A stretch of DNA of 64,000 nucleotides. Origin: Eledone cirrhosa (taxonomy: Eukaryota). The notes beneath the pieces were generated by a model, which was not told the origin of the DNA, did no database searches, and saw only the letters and a list, made by a program, of their open reading frames with translations. Position numbers and translations under genes: made by a program. Shown here piece after piece: positions 49,801 through 62,239 of the stretch (positions within the stretch are counted from its first letter, which is position 1; each line of letters starts with the position of its first letter). The stretch spans positions 26,474,001 to 26,538,000 of the forward strand of contig OZ024744.1 in assembly GCA_964016885.1 (NCBI GenBank). The letters are read 5' to 3'.

Positions 49801-52800
49801 GCATGGTTTGATGGTTGGATGGTTGGGTGGTGTTTGGGTTGTTGGATGGTTGGGTGGTTGGTTGGTTGGTTGGTTGTGTGGTCGGGTGGTTGATTGTTTG
49901 GTTGGATGATTGGTTGGCTGGTTGGATTGTTTGTTTTATGGTTCGTTGGATGGTGGGTTAGTTGGTTGTTTTGATTTTTGGGTGGTTGGTTGGTTGTTTG
50001 AATGGTCGGTTGGATGGTTGAGTGGTTGGTTGGCTGTTTGGTTGGTCGGTTGTTTTTTTGTTTGGTGGTTGGTTGTGTGGTTGGGTAGGTGTTTGGGTGT
50101 TTGGTTGGTGTGTTGTGTGGTTGGTTGGTTGTGTGGTTGGTTTGTTGGTTGTGTGGTTGGGTAGTTGTTTGGGTGGTTGGTTGGTGGGTTGGGTGGTTGT
50201 TTGGTTGGGTGGTTGCTTGGGTGGTTGGTTGGTTGGGTGGTTGGGTGGTTGCCTGGTTGGTGTGTTGGTTGGTTGCTTGGGTGGTTGGGTTGTTGATTGG
50301 TTGGTTGGGAAGGTGGGTATTTGTTTGGTTTATTGGATGGTTGTTTGTATGGTTGGTTGGGTGGTTGCTTGGGTGGTTGGTTCGTTGGGTGGTTGGGTTG
50401 TTGATTGGTTGGTTGGGAAGGTGGGTGGTTGTTTGGTTTATTGGATGATTTTTTGTATGGTTGGTTGGGTCGTTGGTTGGATGTTTGGATGTTTGGTCTT
50501 TAAGTTAGGTTGTTGGTTGTGTTTGATGGTTTGGTTGGATCGTTGGATAGTTGGTTGGTTGGGTGGTTTGGTGGATGGTTGGTTGGTTGGTTGGTTGAAT
50601 GGTTGGGTGTTTGGATTTTTTTTGGCTGGTTGGGTGTGTGGTTGGTTGGTTGCTTGTTTGGGTAGTTGGTTGGTTGATTGATTGTTCGGTTGTTGGTTGG
50701 TTGTGTGTTTTGGAGGCTGGTTGGTGGGTTGGGTGGTTGGTTGCGTGGTTGGGTGTTTGGCTGGTTGGTTGTTGGGTTGGGTCTTTGGTTGGTTGTTTGG
50801 TTGCGTAGTTGGATGGTTGGATGGGTGGTTCTATGGTTGGATGGGTGGTTCTGTGGTTGGTTGGGTGGTTCGGTGGTTGATTGATTAGGTGGTTAGATAG
50901 TTGGTTGGGTGGTTGGATGGTTGGATGGTTGGTTTGTTGATGTTTGGGTTGTTGGTTTGTTTGTTGGGTCGTTGTTTGGTTGGTTGGTTGGTTGAGTGGT
51001 TGGGTGAATTGTTGGTTGGGTGGTTGGTTGGTTAAGTGTTTGGGTGGTTGGTCGTTGGGTTGTTTGGGTGGTTGGGTCTTTGGTTGGTGGGTTGGGTGGT
51101 CGGTTTGTTTATTGGATGTTTGTTTGCATGGTTTGATGGTTGGATGGTTGGATGGTTGTTTGCGTTGTTGGATGGTTTGGTGGTTGGTTGGTTGGATGGT
51201 TGGGTGGTTGATTGGTTGGTTGGATGATTGGTTGGCTGGTTGGATTGTTTGTGTTATGGTTCGTTGGATGGTGGGTTAGTCGGTTGGATGGTTGGTTAAG
51301 TGGTTGGTTGGTTGGGTGATGGGTGGTTTGTTGGTTGGGTGTATGCTTGGTTGGTTTGTTGGGTGGTTGTATGTTTGTTTGGTTGGGGGGTTGGTTGGTG
51401 TGTTGGTTGGGTGGTTGGTTGCTTGGGTGGGTGGTTGGTTAGTTGGGTGGTTGGATGGATTGTTGGTTGGGTGGTTAGTTGGTTGGGTGGTTGGGTGGTT
51501 GGGTGGCTTGTTGTTGGGTTGAGTATTTGGTTGGTTGTTTGGTTAATTGGGTGGTTGGTTGGGTGGTTGGATGGTTTGTTGTGTGGCTGTTTGGATGGTT
51601 GGATGGTTTGTTGGTTGATGTTTGGGTTGTTGGTTGGTTCGTTGGGTGTTTGTTTGTTTGGGTGGTTGGTTGGGTGTTTTGGTTGGTTGGGTGGATGGTT
51701 GGTGGGTTGTGTGGTTGGTTGGTTGATTTATTGGATGGTTTTGTCGATGGTTGGATGGTTGGATGGTTGAGTGTTTGGTTGGGTGGTTGGATGGTTGGGT
51801 GGTTGGTTGGGTGGTTGGGTGGTTGGGTGGTTGATTGGTTGGTTGGATGGTTGGCTGGTTGGTTGGATGTTTGGGAGACGGGTTGGTTGGGTGGTTGATT
51901 GGTTGGTTGGATGTTTCACTGGTTGTTTGGATGTTTGGGAGGCGGTTTGGTTGGTTGGTTGATTGGTTGGGTGGTTGGTTGGCTGGGTGGTTGGTTGGGT
52001 GGTTGGGTGTTTGGTTGGGTGGTTGGGTGGTTGGTTTGTTGCTTGGTTGGTTGGATCATTGATTGGATGGTGTGTTGGATGGTTGGTTGGTTGCTTGGAT
52101 GGTTGATTGGTTGGTTGGTTGGTTGGTTTGGAGGTTGGTTGGTTGGGTGGGTCGTTGGTCGGTTGGTTGGCTGGTTGTTTTGTTGGGTGGTTGGTTGATT
52201 GGGTGGGTGTTTGGTTGGGTTGGTGGTTCGTTGGTTGGTTAGGTGGTTGGATGGGTGGGCTGTTGGATGGTTTGTTGTGTTGTAGTTTGCGTGGGTGGTT
52301 GGATGGTACGTTGGGTGGTTGCTTGTGTTGTTGGTTGGTGTGATGAATGGGTGGTTGGTTGGATGGTTGGTTTCTTGGTTTATTGGGTGGTTGGATGGAT
52401 GGTTGGCTGGATGTTTGTGTGGGTGGTTGGTTGTGTGGGTGTTTGGTCGGTTGTGTGGTTGGTTGATTGGGTGGTTATATGGTTGGTTGGGTGCTTGGTT
52501 GGTTGGATGTTTGGGTGGTTGGTTGTGTCGTTGGTTGGTTGAGTGGGTGGTTTGTTGCTTGGTTGGGTGGTTGGTTTGTTGCTTGGTTGGTTGGATGGTT
52601 GGTTGGATGGTGTGTTGGATGGTTGTTTGGTTGGTTGCTTGCATGGTTGTTTGGTTGGTTGGGACGTTGTTTGGTCGGTTAGTTGGCTGGTTGTTTGGTT
52701 GGGTGGTTGGATTGTTGGGTGGGTGTTTGGTTGGGTGTGTGGTTCGTTGGGTGGTTAGGTGGTTGGTTGGGTGGTTGGTTTGTTGGATGGCTGGTTGGTT

Positions 52801-53025
52801 GGGTGGGTGGGTGGGTGGTTGGATGGTTGGTTGTTTGATGGTTGGGTTGTTGGTTGGTTGGTTGGGTGGTTGTTTGTATGGTTGGTTGGGTGGTTGGTTG
52901 TATGGTTGGTTGGATTGTTGGTTGTATGGTTGGTTGGATGGTTGGTTGGGTGGTTGGAGGATTGGGTGTTTGGTTGGTTGGGAGGTTCTGTGGCAGTTTG
53001 GTTGGGTGGTTATTTGGTTGGTTCT
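31830..53025 (+). repeat. ~21-kb degenerate (GGTT)n/(GGGT)n/(GGAT)n tetranucleotide expanse
   Basis: Nearly pure (GGTT)n at 31870-32070, then degenerate; extreme G+T strand skew; internal kb-scale duplications. Confidence 0.97.
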
Positions 53026-53435
53026 TATAACCCGTTTCCATGCAAAGCTTGTGGTTATCATTATATTTTTTATTCATACTTATTAGTTATTTTATATGTA
53101 GGTGATTGAAGCGAACTATTATTGCAGGATCTCGGGTGGCAGGATAGATGTGTGTGTAGATAGAAGCATGTGTGACGGGTTGGGTGTTGGTTGGAACGGG
53201 ATGGAAGGAGGGTGCTGGCTGGAATAGGGTGAATGACAGAGAGAGTGAAGCGTCGAACAGGATATTTTACAGCTATTCGTACTTCTACCTATATAACTGA
53301 CTGATTAATGATGGAGCAGCCTCTACAAGGGCAGTTGAGCTACTAGAAATAGTAAACAACTCTACATATATATAGTTCATGGAAATTAAATAGTATTCTT
53401 CCATATTGAATACAAATAAAATTAAGAATAATACA

Positions 53436-53940
53436 AACACCACCACCACCACCACCATCGCCACAAGTGCGACCACCACCACCTCCACCACCACCACCAT
53501 CACCTCCACCACCACCATCACCATTACCACTATCACTACCGCTACAATGATACATACTTGGACAATGTGGGAGAACGCTCTCCAGTAATAAAGAGACCAG
53601 CATAACCGTCTCCTAGACAAACAACTCACTGCACCCCTCCCCCCCACACACACACTACAAACACTCATCCCCCATTTACTACACACGCACACTAACCCCC
53701 CCTCGAACACACTGATCCCCTCCCACTACACACGCACACTACCCCCCCCCCACACACACGCACACTAATCACACACACTCATCCCCCCAACACACACACA
53801 CTACCCCCTACACACACACACGCACGTACACTACTCACATACACTCCCCCCACACACACACTACACACGCACACTACCCCCGCCCCCACACACACACACT
53901 ACACGCACTCATCCCCCATATACACATACACACACATTTA
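53436..53940 (+). repeat. (CAC)n and C/CA-rich low-complexity tract
   Basis: Direct reading. Confidence 0.85.
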
Positions 53941-54200
53941 CGATGCAACATGTAATCATAAAGGCTGTTAAAATGATGGATGGCCACGATTGGAACATCT
54001 TCCTATGTCTACTCGATCAATGTTCACCTGCATCTAACCCATAACAACAGCAACAACAGGAATAACAGCTAATTAACTAATTAACTAATTAAATTACCAA
54101 CTGATAAATAAACTAATCACATAACAAATTCATATATCTGACCAATATTGTGAGTTCAAATAGTAGCGGGAATCAAATACATTTTTCATTTTTCATTTTT

Positions 54201-54460
54201 TGGGTGCCGGGGTATGAGGTGTGCCGAGGTATGAGGGGTGCCGGGGGATGAGGGGTGCCGGGGTATGACGGGTGCCGGGGTATGAGGTGTGCCGAGGTAT
54301 GAGGGGTGCCGGGGGATGAGGGGTGCCGGGGTATGACGGGTGCCGGGGTATGAGGTGTGCCGAGGTATGAGGGGTGCCGGGGGATGAGGGGTGCCGAGGT
54401 ATGAGGGGTGCCGAGGTATGAGGGGTTCCGGGGGATGAGGGGTGCCGGGAGATGAGGGGG
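54201..54460 (+). repeat. 17-bp GC-rich minisatellite (GGGGTGCCGRGGKATGA), ~15 copies
   Basis: Direct reading. Confidence 0.92.
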
Positions 54461-55335
54461 CCCCAAAACTAGTCGATAGAGCACAAAAGCCAATTGGGTA
54501 TGTTTTTAAAAATTTATTATATTTATTTCACTTATTATGGAACCAATCGTGGAATATCATATAGAGAATGGATATGAATTTTTGGTTGGGTGAGTGGATG
54601 GTAGGGGAGTGATGCCTGGGAGACAGTTACGCGCCGATCCGGATGCTGTTACTGTACAGTTTGTAATTAAATCTAACTTCCATATCTCTCAAATATAATA
54701 TTACAACTCTACTGCTCTACATTGTTTTTTTTATTTATTCATTCATTTATTTATGTTTATATTTTTTATTGTTGTTATTGTCGGTGTAGTTGTTTTTTGT
54801 TATATTCTTTGTTCATGTCCGCCCCCCCCCCCCGCCGTCTTTTTTATATGTTGATGTTTTTATTGTGTTTTTTGTGTTTTTGTGTTTTTTTTGTTGGTTT
54901 TTGTTTTTAATTTTCAAGCCCACTCTTTCCCTTTACTGCCCCCCCCCCCCCTCATATCCACGCCTACAAAGACCGACGTGAAATATATAACAGAAATGAA
55001 ATGTGAGGTTAGCAGAGCATGGTGTGGAGATTTTATAAAGTCCAGCTAACAGTGAAAACAATGTTTGTGCGTCGTCAGTTCTAGATAGGGTGTTGGAAGG
55101 AGGTCTTCATATGAAGAGATATCGATTTATACTTCAATACCTTACAAATCCAGATATATGGTCAACTCTCGTACAAATTTTACTGCACTCCGATTTTCGC
55201 CTCAAATACATTATTCTATACATCACTACAAACCCATATACTCTTCAGATGGAGCTATACCCTGCTCTCCTTCAAATAAATTATGCATTCTGCATTGCCT
55301 CAGAATTTCAGTACAAAACATCCAACTAACACTCA

Positions 55336-55630
55336 CGCGAAGGTGGGTGGCTTAGTGGTTAGCGTGTTTGGCTCATGATCGTAAATGTGTGAGTTCCAAT
55401 GAGCAAAACACTCTATTTCATGTTTCTCTGTTCACTCAGCCGGCAAAAATAAGTTACATTAGCAATTCAATGGACCGGCTTTGTTACATTTCATGTCACG
55501 TTGAATCTCCATGAGAATTACGTCAAAGGTACACATGTTTGTGGAGTGCTCAGCCACTTACATGTTGATTACAGGAGTAGACAGTTCCATTGTTAGAACA
55601 ACTGGAAGTCTCATTGTCAAAAGGGATGGG
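55336..55630 (+). mobile_element. Diverged tRNA-derived SINE (octopod-like)
   Basis: A-box TGGCTTAGTGG, eroded B-box GAGTTCCAAT, body GAGCAAAACACT...CACTCAGC...GTGGAGTGCTCAGCCACT recalled as typical of Octopus SINEs. Confidence 0.7.
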
Positions 55631-56137
55631 GATGAAAGACACGAATCAAGAAACTCCACTTCTGTAAAAAGGGGGTCAAGTGAATAAGTGAGAAAAATAT
55701 AAGATAGTAAGCCATACAGAGCTCAAGTAGACCTATAATATAATACTGCCCTCATGTCAGCAACAGTGCTACTTTTACATACACAGATACCATAGAACAG
55801 CAAGGAAGAACAATGGCGCGAAAGGGAAAGGTATAGAGGGAGATTCATCTTAATTTCATGAGTAATAATTGAGTTGGTTGAACAACTATATTCTCATCCT
55901 TGAGGCCAACGGAGTGATGCTCAGGGCCTTGATGAAGATCAACCGGGCAGCCTCGTCAGGAGACATTCAGCTCGGGTGTTACTGACAACTTTCAATAATG
56001 CAAACAAACTAATCGAATTATATGCCAGTAGTGAAGGGGACAGTGTGTTCAATGCATATTAGATGCCATATATGCGAACAATATGAGTAAGCCTGAGAAA
56101 GAATGTCAAGCAAAAAATTGTATAAGCAGTGCTTTAA

Positions 56138-59100
56138 TATAGAAAATTAAATGTTAGAGAAAACAATACCAAATACTTGTCCAAATATATTTAATGGCTG
56201 ACAATTGTTTAGGATATCATATCAGTATTTTGCACATATATATTATACTTATTAATTACAAAATCGATAATAGAAAGTAATAATAAAAAGTTTGATATGA
56301 TCTCCGAAAAGAAAAAATAAATATAAAATTTCAAAAATAAATGTCACTGAAAATAGGGATTACAATAAATGTAAAACTTGAAGAATATCTGTCTACATAT
56401 TAGGGATAATAATACATTATAAATTCTAAGAATTTAAACCGTTAAAAAAAATGGGGATAATATGAAACCGGAAGTAGATATAACAAGGGGCATATCTATG
56501 AAGAAAGGGAGATAAATAAGTAGAACAATAAGATAGATAATTAAAGATGTTTTTAAATATTTGAAAGGAGGAAAAGGGGGTGATAATAATAAGAACATTG
56601 TAGATAAAATAAAAATTAATGATTTAAAAGTTAATGGTATATAAAGAATATAGTCAAACAGAGTATAAAAGCAGGAGAAAGCCAAAGTAGTGATAGTTAA
56701 CACTAGAAATAAAATAGGGGGATACTATAGCAAGTGTATTATATAAAATTATAAAAATGAATGAGTTAAATGGGGTATAAATAGGTGCAATGTTTTGTGC
56801 TATGGACGAAAGGGATAGGGTAACTGGGATACTAATTATACCAGTAAAGATATATAGAGGAAAATAAAACAATATAGAAAGAGATTAAAATTAAAAGTAT
56901 TAAAAAGGATGGGTTTATAAAGAACATGGTGAAAGAGTATAAAATTAGTCAGAAAAGCGGGAGTAGAGCTTGGATAAGGGTGGTTAAAGCTAAAATAGAG
57001 GGAAATAACAGGAACCGTATTACTATTAAATAATTAAACATAAGAGTGGGTTATATTAAAAGTGAAAAGAAAGGATAGTTAAACCCCATGGTTATTCGTG
57101 ACCGAAGGGGGTTTTACCTTTACACTTTAGTAAGGGTAATTATTAGGATCTCTACAATTACAGTTAGTTAGAGGCGGTAGAAATTGTAGGTAAAGGGGCA
57201 GAATTAGTAGACGTATTATTTGAAGGTGAGGTGATAGGAGAGTTAAAATAATAACCATTAATATTTGAATTATTCGTATATAAAGGGTTATGTGGTACCG
57301 GTAAATTAACAGAAAGGGAGACACTATGTTATTTTACTTTCCTATGGTTACTAAATCAATATAATTGGCCAAGTGAGGGGTAGTAGAGAAAGAAATCTCA
57401 ACAATATTTGTGTTAAATAATTTATAGTACTAATGACTAAGAGGGAAATTGTTGAGGAAGAGGGAGAAGAAACTTTTAGGCAGGTTAGACGCTACATTGT
57501 GGGAGAGCGGGGGATTAAACCAGCGTAGATGGAGAAGAACCTATTAGTGAGGTTAGACGCTATATTATGAAAGAACGGAGGATTAAACCAGGACAGATTA
57601 CGAATCTATTTCGGCGCGGAGTACTAACAGCTTTAGGAGGGTTTATAGGTATGTTTAGAGTATTTTTTAAGTTCTTATACATAGTAGTGTATGGATTCTG
57701 AGTAATACAGAAGGCGTTTGGTTAAGGTTTCAATTAGAACTAATCCTGAACTCATTGCTAGGAGTAGGAAGCAAACCATTATAATAAGACCGGTTCTTTC
57801 TATTACTGGTTTTAAATCCATTATTACTAGAGAGACAACTCTGTGCAATTGCATTATTATTACTTAATTCATGGGTGGATAGAGCATCAAGTAGGTAATG
57901 AATTGTATCCTTATAGCTTGATTTAGAAAAAAGCCTCATTATTGTACACTATTTCGTTAAATATGTTCTCATTTGCAGAGAGCTTAGAGATTCTATGTGA
58001 AATAGACATTTCAATAGATTTAAGAATAGAGGGTGGGATTGGAAAGACTATTAATATAAGTTAAGATCTCACCGAGATAGGGACGTTAGAGTCCTGTATC
58101 AAGGTCTAAAGTAACATCAAGGAAATTGACTACCACATGGTTAGGCTCAATTGTGATAGAAAGACCAAAGCCTTCAAAAAATGCATGCAAATGCTTCTTC
58201 AGAATCTCGATTCCACGTGCGTTAAAGTTATCTACAGTAAATAGAGCATCGTCTCTGTATAAGCCTCCTTGCAGATAGGGTAAATCCTCATTTAGCTTTA
58301 GCTTGTGTAGGAAGTAAATATTCACAAGGTCAGTAATTTGTGCAGAATCACGTGACCCCATAATGATATCAAAGTTATTTGGTCTATTATCCATAGTACA
58401 ATAACAACCATTAAACTCAATTATAGTGCATATAGCAGTCAGTATAATGTCTATTTCTTTTCTAGATTAATCAGAATTAGTACCAGCAAAGATTAGGGTT
58501 TTATTAAGTAAAATAGCGGATATAGAGGCACGGTAACTATAGATGTCAAATTGTATAAATTTAAGACGATTATTATCCTTAATGCTAATGAACCAGTCAA
58601 TTGCCTGGTCAGTATTAAGCCAAAGTTTAAAGCAAATTCTATCCTTCAATTTAGGTAAGATACGGTCAAGGATACACTTGCTAATTCGACTTATATCAGA
58701 TGTAGAAGGGCATATAAGTCTAACAGAGGGGTTATCTAAAAGTTGCATTTATGGTCTTTCAGAGAAAATCTAGGGGGCATAGGTTTAAAGGGATCATTGT
58801 ATTTATCAATATCTAAATCCTTCACAAAGGCCTTAGCTTTATTATTGATTTAATTGAGGGTGGATACGCTAGTTTTTTTGTAATTCTTGTTAAGTTCTTT
58901 AAGGATAAAAGAGTTGTGTCAATATTCAGAATGTATAAGTTTTTAGTTTTATCTGACATTATATGTAAATGTTTATTGTCTCTAATATTCTTGATGGTGG
59001 TGTTTAAAGAGTTCAGAAGGTTGTAGTCATAAGCAGACTTTTTTAAAACCGTATATTCCTTATCATTTTAAATAGATCCTTTTCAAATGGGTCCAATAGT

Positions 59101-59525
59101 ACGTTGTGTGGTGGGTTTCTCTACGGCTTAAATCCGTATGTATTCTTGGTAGTGTTGGAATCTCTGGTGTTCACCTTGTCGAAATGATAGGTTTTCTATC
59201 TTGCTCTTCTTATGAAAGAATTAGTACTGTGGATCAGTTTTTTCAGGTAGGTCCTTTTATCTGGAATAGAGATAGACTTCAGTGACATGACAACAGGTTG
59301 TTTCTCTAACATGTTGGCAAATAATATAAATAGCTCTACGAATATATATATATCAAAAGTATGCATACAGACTAATCGAGAGGAGAGATAAGTGATTAGT
59401 TGTGTGAATTATATGCCAGTGGTGAGGGGACAGTGTACTCAATTCATATTAGGCGCAAGGCAATTGTCAGCCATTAAATATATTTGGTCAAGAATTTGGC
59501 ATTGTTTTCTCTAACATTTAATGTT

Positions 59526-59530
<5 letters not shown>
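56138..59530 (-). mobile_element. Old, near full-length Penelope-like element with short inverted 5' piece
   Basis: YGFK near 59130, NPSVRLICP, FIQFDI, FDIIMGSRDSAQ, GLYRDDAL, VNFLDVTL, duplicated WFNPP (57480-57600), CNCRDP; many stops and frameshifts; 59461-59530 is inverted 56139-56207. Confidence 0.85.
58086..58748 (-). pseudogene. PLE reverse transcriptase fragments
   Basis: ORFs 58467-58748 and 58086-58394 carry PLE RT motifs. Confidence 0.85.
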
Positions 59531-59570
<40 letters not shown>

Positions 59571-59572
<2 letters not shown>

Positions 59573-59645
59573 AATAAGAGAGTCGGTTTTATTAGTACAT
59601 CTTTATTATAAAGATGTACGGATAAAACCATCTCTCTTATTTATT
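59571..59645. repeat. Imperfect ~75-bp palindrome abutting (TA)n
   Basis: TAAATAAGAGAG..GGTTTTAT..GTACATCTTTA|TTA|TAAAGATGTAC..ATAAAACC..CTCTCTTATTTA. Confidence 0.8.
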
Positions 59646-59800
59646 ATACTAACACTCCAGATGCACAAAAACTGTGGAGTGCTTCACATCTGTTTAAGAA
59701 TAAGCCGGCAGATTGTTCGTTAACCAACATTCTTCAATTCAATAATTGAATAATATAATTTTTTTTGCTGTGACCTGTTCTTTCTTTCTCTCCCTTTCTC

Positions 59801-59839
<39 letters not shown>

Positions 59840-60008
59840 TCTCTGTATCCCTCTCACTTTTACTCTCTTTCTCTCTGCTCCCCTACTACTTCCATTTTCT
59901 CTCGTCTCTGCCTCTTTTCGCCTACTCTCGCCGAGGTTAGACGTATTTTCTTCGCTCCCCCTATCTCACTGTCTACAATTGCCTCGGACTTATGTTCTGT
60001 AGCTGCTT

Positions 60009-60082
<74 letters not shown>

Positions 60083-60409
60083 TCTGTCCTTCTCTCTCCC
60101 CCTCTCACCCCTCTCTCACTCACGGTTGCTTACATGCATACATGTGCTTCTCGTGCGTCCCCTTTTCTGGTATGTTCTCTGCGTTTTTTTCCCTTTTTTC
60201 CTTTCTGTTTAATTTTTTCTCTCTCTCCTTCTTTCCCCCAATAACTTCCAATAGTTATTGATGCACTGGAGTTAGACATATTGTCTTTAATGCGTTGAAA
60301 TGTCCGTGATCTCCAGCAGACAACTGATGATGGGAATGTTCCCCGTTTGTGCTTTCCTTTTATTTTTAAATACACTTTATCAAGTAAACACACAGCTCCC
60401 TGTTTCTTC

Positions 60410-60506
<97 letters not shown>

Positions 60507-60724
60507 ATGTGAGTGAAGAAATGCCCGAAGCTGTGTCTATTTTATTCGATAGGCTTCGTATCTTAATTATTTGAACTCCTAGGAGACTAACTTGCATTTA
60601 AAGTTGAACTTTCTTACTCTGTTTATTTTAGTTGAATTTATTCATTGTTTGCTCTCTTTGTTTTCTATATGAAAGCACTCTAGTATAGTGCTGTTGGGTT
60701 GGACATATTTATTAATTTGAATCC

Positions 60725-61019
60725 ACAGATTTTACGGAAAAACCAAGTAGAAGATCCAGGGGTATACCCCGAGCCAGATGGTTGGATAACATTCATGAGC
60801 TTGGATGGCAGGCTTGGGGATACAGCCGGATCAGTTGGAGACGGTTGCTTCTGACAGGACCTGCTGGAAGGAGTGTTTGAGGACTCTGGCCCATGACACT
60901 CTCAGGAAGAAGAAGAAGAAGAAGAAGAAGAAGAAGAAGAAGAAGAAGAAGAAGAAGAAGAAGAAGAAGAAGAAGAAGAAGAAGAAGAAGAAGAAGAAGA
61001 AGAAGAAGAAGAAGAAGAA
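60725..61019 (+). mobile_element. 3' end of an RTE-type LINE with (GAA)n tail
   Basis: Translates to RRSRGIPRARWLDNI...DRTCWK, like RTE C-termini (RPRGRP..RW.D...DR..W), followed by long (GAA)n at 60906-61019. Confidence 0.65.
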
Positions 61020-61665
61020 ATCACTGTAACAAACATCACAAAGCCTTTTCCCGACGCTCTAACGATTTTACCCACAATAAACAGATTGATAATGATTTTA
61101 TTACGTGCCAGTCTTGTACTTGGATTATCAAGGATATATTTCAACAATCTTAAAATTCTAGCAATAATATATTGCTTTTACATTCCCTAAAATAGTGTCT
61201 TCCAGTAAATGGTGAGGTCTGGCTTATCTTCTCTTTAATGTGACATCACGTGTCTCTAGAAGTTGAAAACTACTACAATCACTTGCGACCAGCAATGGGA
61301 TATACTAGCACGCCATATGAAGCTTTCCATCACAAAGAGGCGAACCCCCGCTGATGACATGGTGTCCGACAAATTACATAATGTATAATAGTATTACTTA
61401 ATTTTCTGCAAATGGTTGTTCCACTCGGTCGTTGCCAGCAGATCGCAATTGTAGAAACTGATGCATCGGTCTGGGTATCTCAATTTTCCTACACACACAA
61501 TATCATCTTTCTCACTAATTTACGTATGTCTACACTCTAATCTGTTGGGTTTTAATTTTGGTGACACGGACTTAATTAGTTTATTAAGTGAGGAAACGAC
61601 GAAGCTATGTCCATTCTATTTGATAAGTTTCGTTCCATAATTATATATATATATTTGTATGTCTA

Positions 61666-61820
<155 letters not shown>

Positions 61821-61980
61821 CTGTGCGTATTCTTGAAATACATATATCTAAATGTTGAAAATCTCGAACACAGGAGGTAGCTGGGAACACTTCTTCTTTC
61901 AATAGACATATCTTCCAGTGTTCAATATTTTCTATATATTCTAAACATTTGAACTCATTCGACTCTCCATTGTTTATTTA

Positions 61981-62049
<69 letters not shown>

Positions 62050-62074
62050 TGCATATATGTATATATATGTATAT

Positions 62075-62192
<118 letters not shown>

Positions 62193-62239
62193 ATAACAAC
62201 AACAACAAAAACAACAATAATAATAATAATAATAATAAT

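Noticed and set aside
31830-53025. Telomeric array
   Set aside because: Unit is GGTT, not TTAGGG; degenerate and flanked by ordinary DNA
55870-55990. GC-richer stretch, possible exon
   Set aside because: No recognisable protein motif or supportable splice structure
61351-61375. CTGATGA match
   Set aside because: No GAAA, stem III or stem I in register
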